A stretch of 64,000 nt of DNA, taken from Leucoraja erinacea. Taxonomy: Eukaryota. The notes beneath the pieces were generated by a model. It was not told where the DNA came from. It ran no database searches and was given only the letters and a program-made list of their open reading frames with translations. Of this stretch, positions 63,439 through 64,000 are shown one piece after another. The position numbers and the translations under genes were made by a program. The stretch lies in contig NC_073402.1 of assembly GCF_028641065.1 (NCBI RefSeq), forward strand, positions 10,974,001 through 11,038,000. Direction: 5' to 3'. How positions within the stretch are numbered: the stretch's first letter is position 1; every line of letters starts with the position of its first letter.

Positions 63439-64000
63439 TTGTGGTGCGTAGGTCTCGAAACGAAAGAGAGGAAGTCCACGAGAGAAAGATGGCACCCAAA
63501 CCCTTGCCTTTAAACCCTCTGGTTAAGGGCCGCCTCTGGACTGAACCATTCCCGTGCTGAGGGGTTTGACAGTTCAGATGGCCCGACCCTTGGGAGCTGC
63601 CACAGGACCCCCCCCCAGAACCCGAGGCACGAAATGCACCGGCGGGCGCACTACCCGGCCGGCCCGCGTACGGACGTCAGCCGATCGGGGGGCTGGCGGA
63701 GGCACAGGTGGAGGGACACAAACTGTTCCCATGCAACATTGATTACACTGTGAGTGGAATAACTGAAGTCAGGTGGGGATTACTGAAATGGCGGAAGTTA
63801 CGCTCCATTGCATACTACACTTTCAGTCCATTGGGTTTTGCAGGAGTGGACCATCTTGCTCCGCTCTAAGATCTTTGGTGCACAGTGTGTGAGTGTGCAG
63901 TCAGATCATGTGGTTGCAGCCATTTTTAGTTGTCTTCCTGCCAGCATTGAGTTAATGTAATAAAGACTTCTGTTGTACCTTAAAGACTCAAGTTTTATAC

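Noticed and set aside
63436-64000. GC-rich segment near the window end, possibly an LTR or small DNA element
   Set aside because: No partner terminus or coding motif inside the window, so it cannot be classified.

Overview
This is eukaryotic, vertebrate DNA made almost entirely of nested, mostly decayed transposable elements. The repeat spectrum (CR1 with esterase ORF1, HE1/V-SINE, Penelope, Rex1, DIRS, Gmr1) points to a cartilaginous fish such as a skate or ray, which is inference. Main components: (1) a deleted DIRS element (1161-10701) holding a near full-length L1 that itself holds a CR1; (2) a complete Gmr1-type Gypsy with PR-INT-RT-RH order (13656-19606) and a truncated relative (42740-46100); (3) a four-level nest CR1 > Penelope > Gypsy > Harbinger MITE (23145-33368); (4) an inverted, TSD-bounded Penelope composite with hammerhead motifs at both ends (47605-50897); (5) a second DIRS with YR, methyltransferase, RNase H, RT and gag remnants (51002-55095). 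Helitron-like ends, Rex1/RTE/CR1 fragments, SINEs and about ten minimal hammerhead-ribozyme motifs are also present. No intact host gene is recognised. Several minus-strand, splice-bounded, mostly open stretches (61.4k, 42.5k, 41.6k, 40.2k, 36.4k) suggest exon remnants of an unidentified, probably pseudogenised gene. All calls were made by eye; no database search was run.
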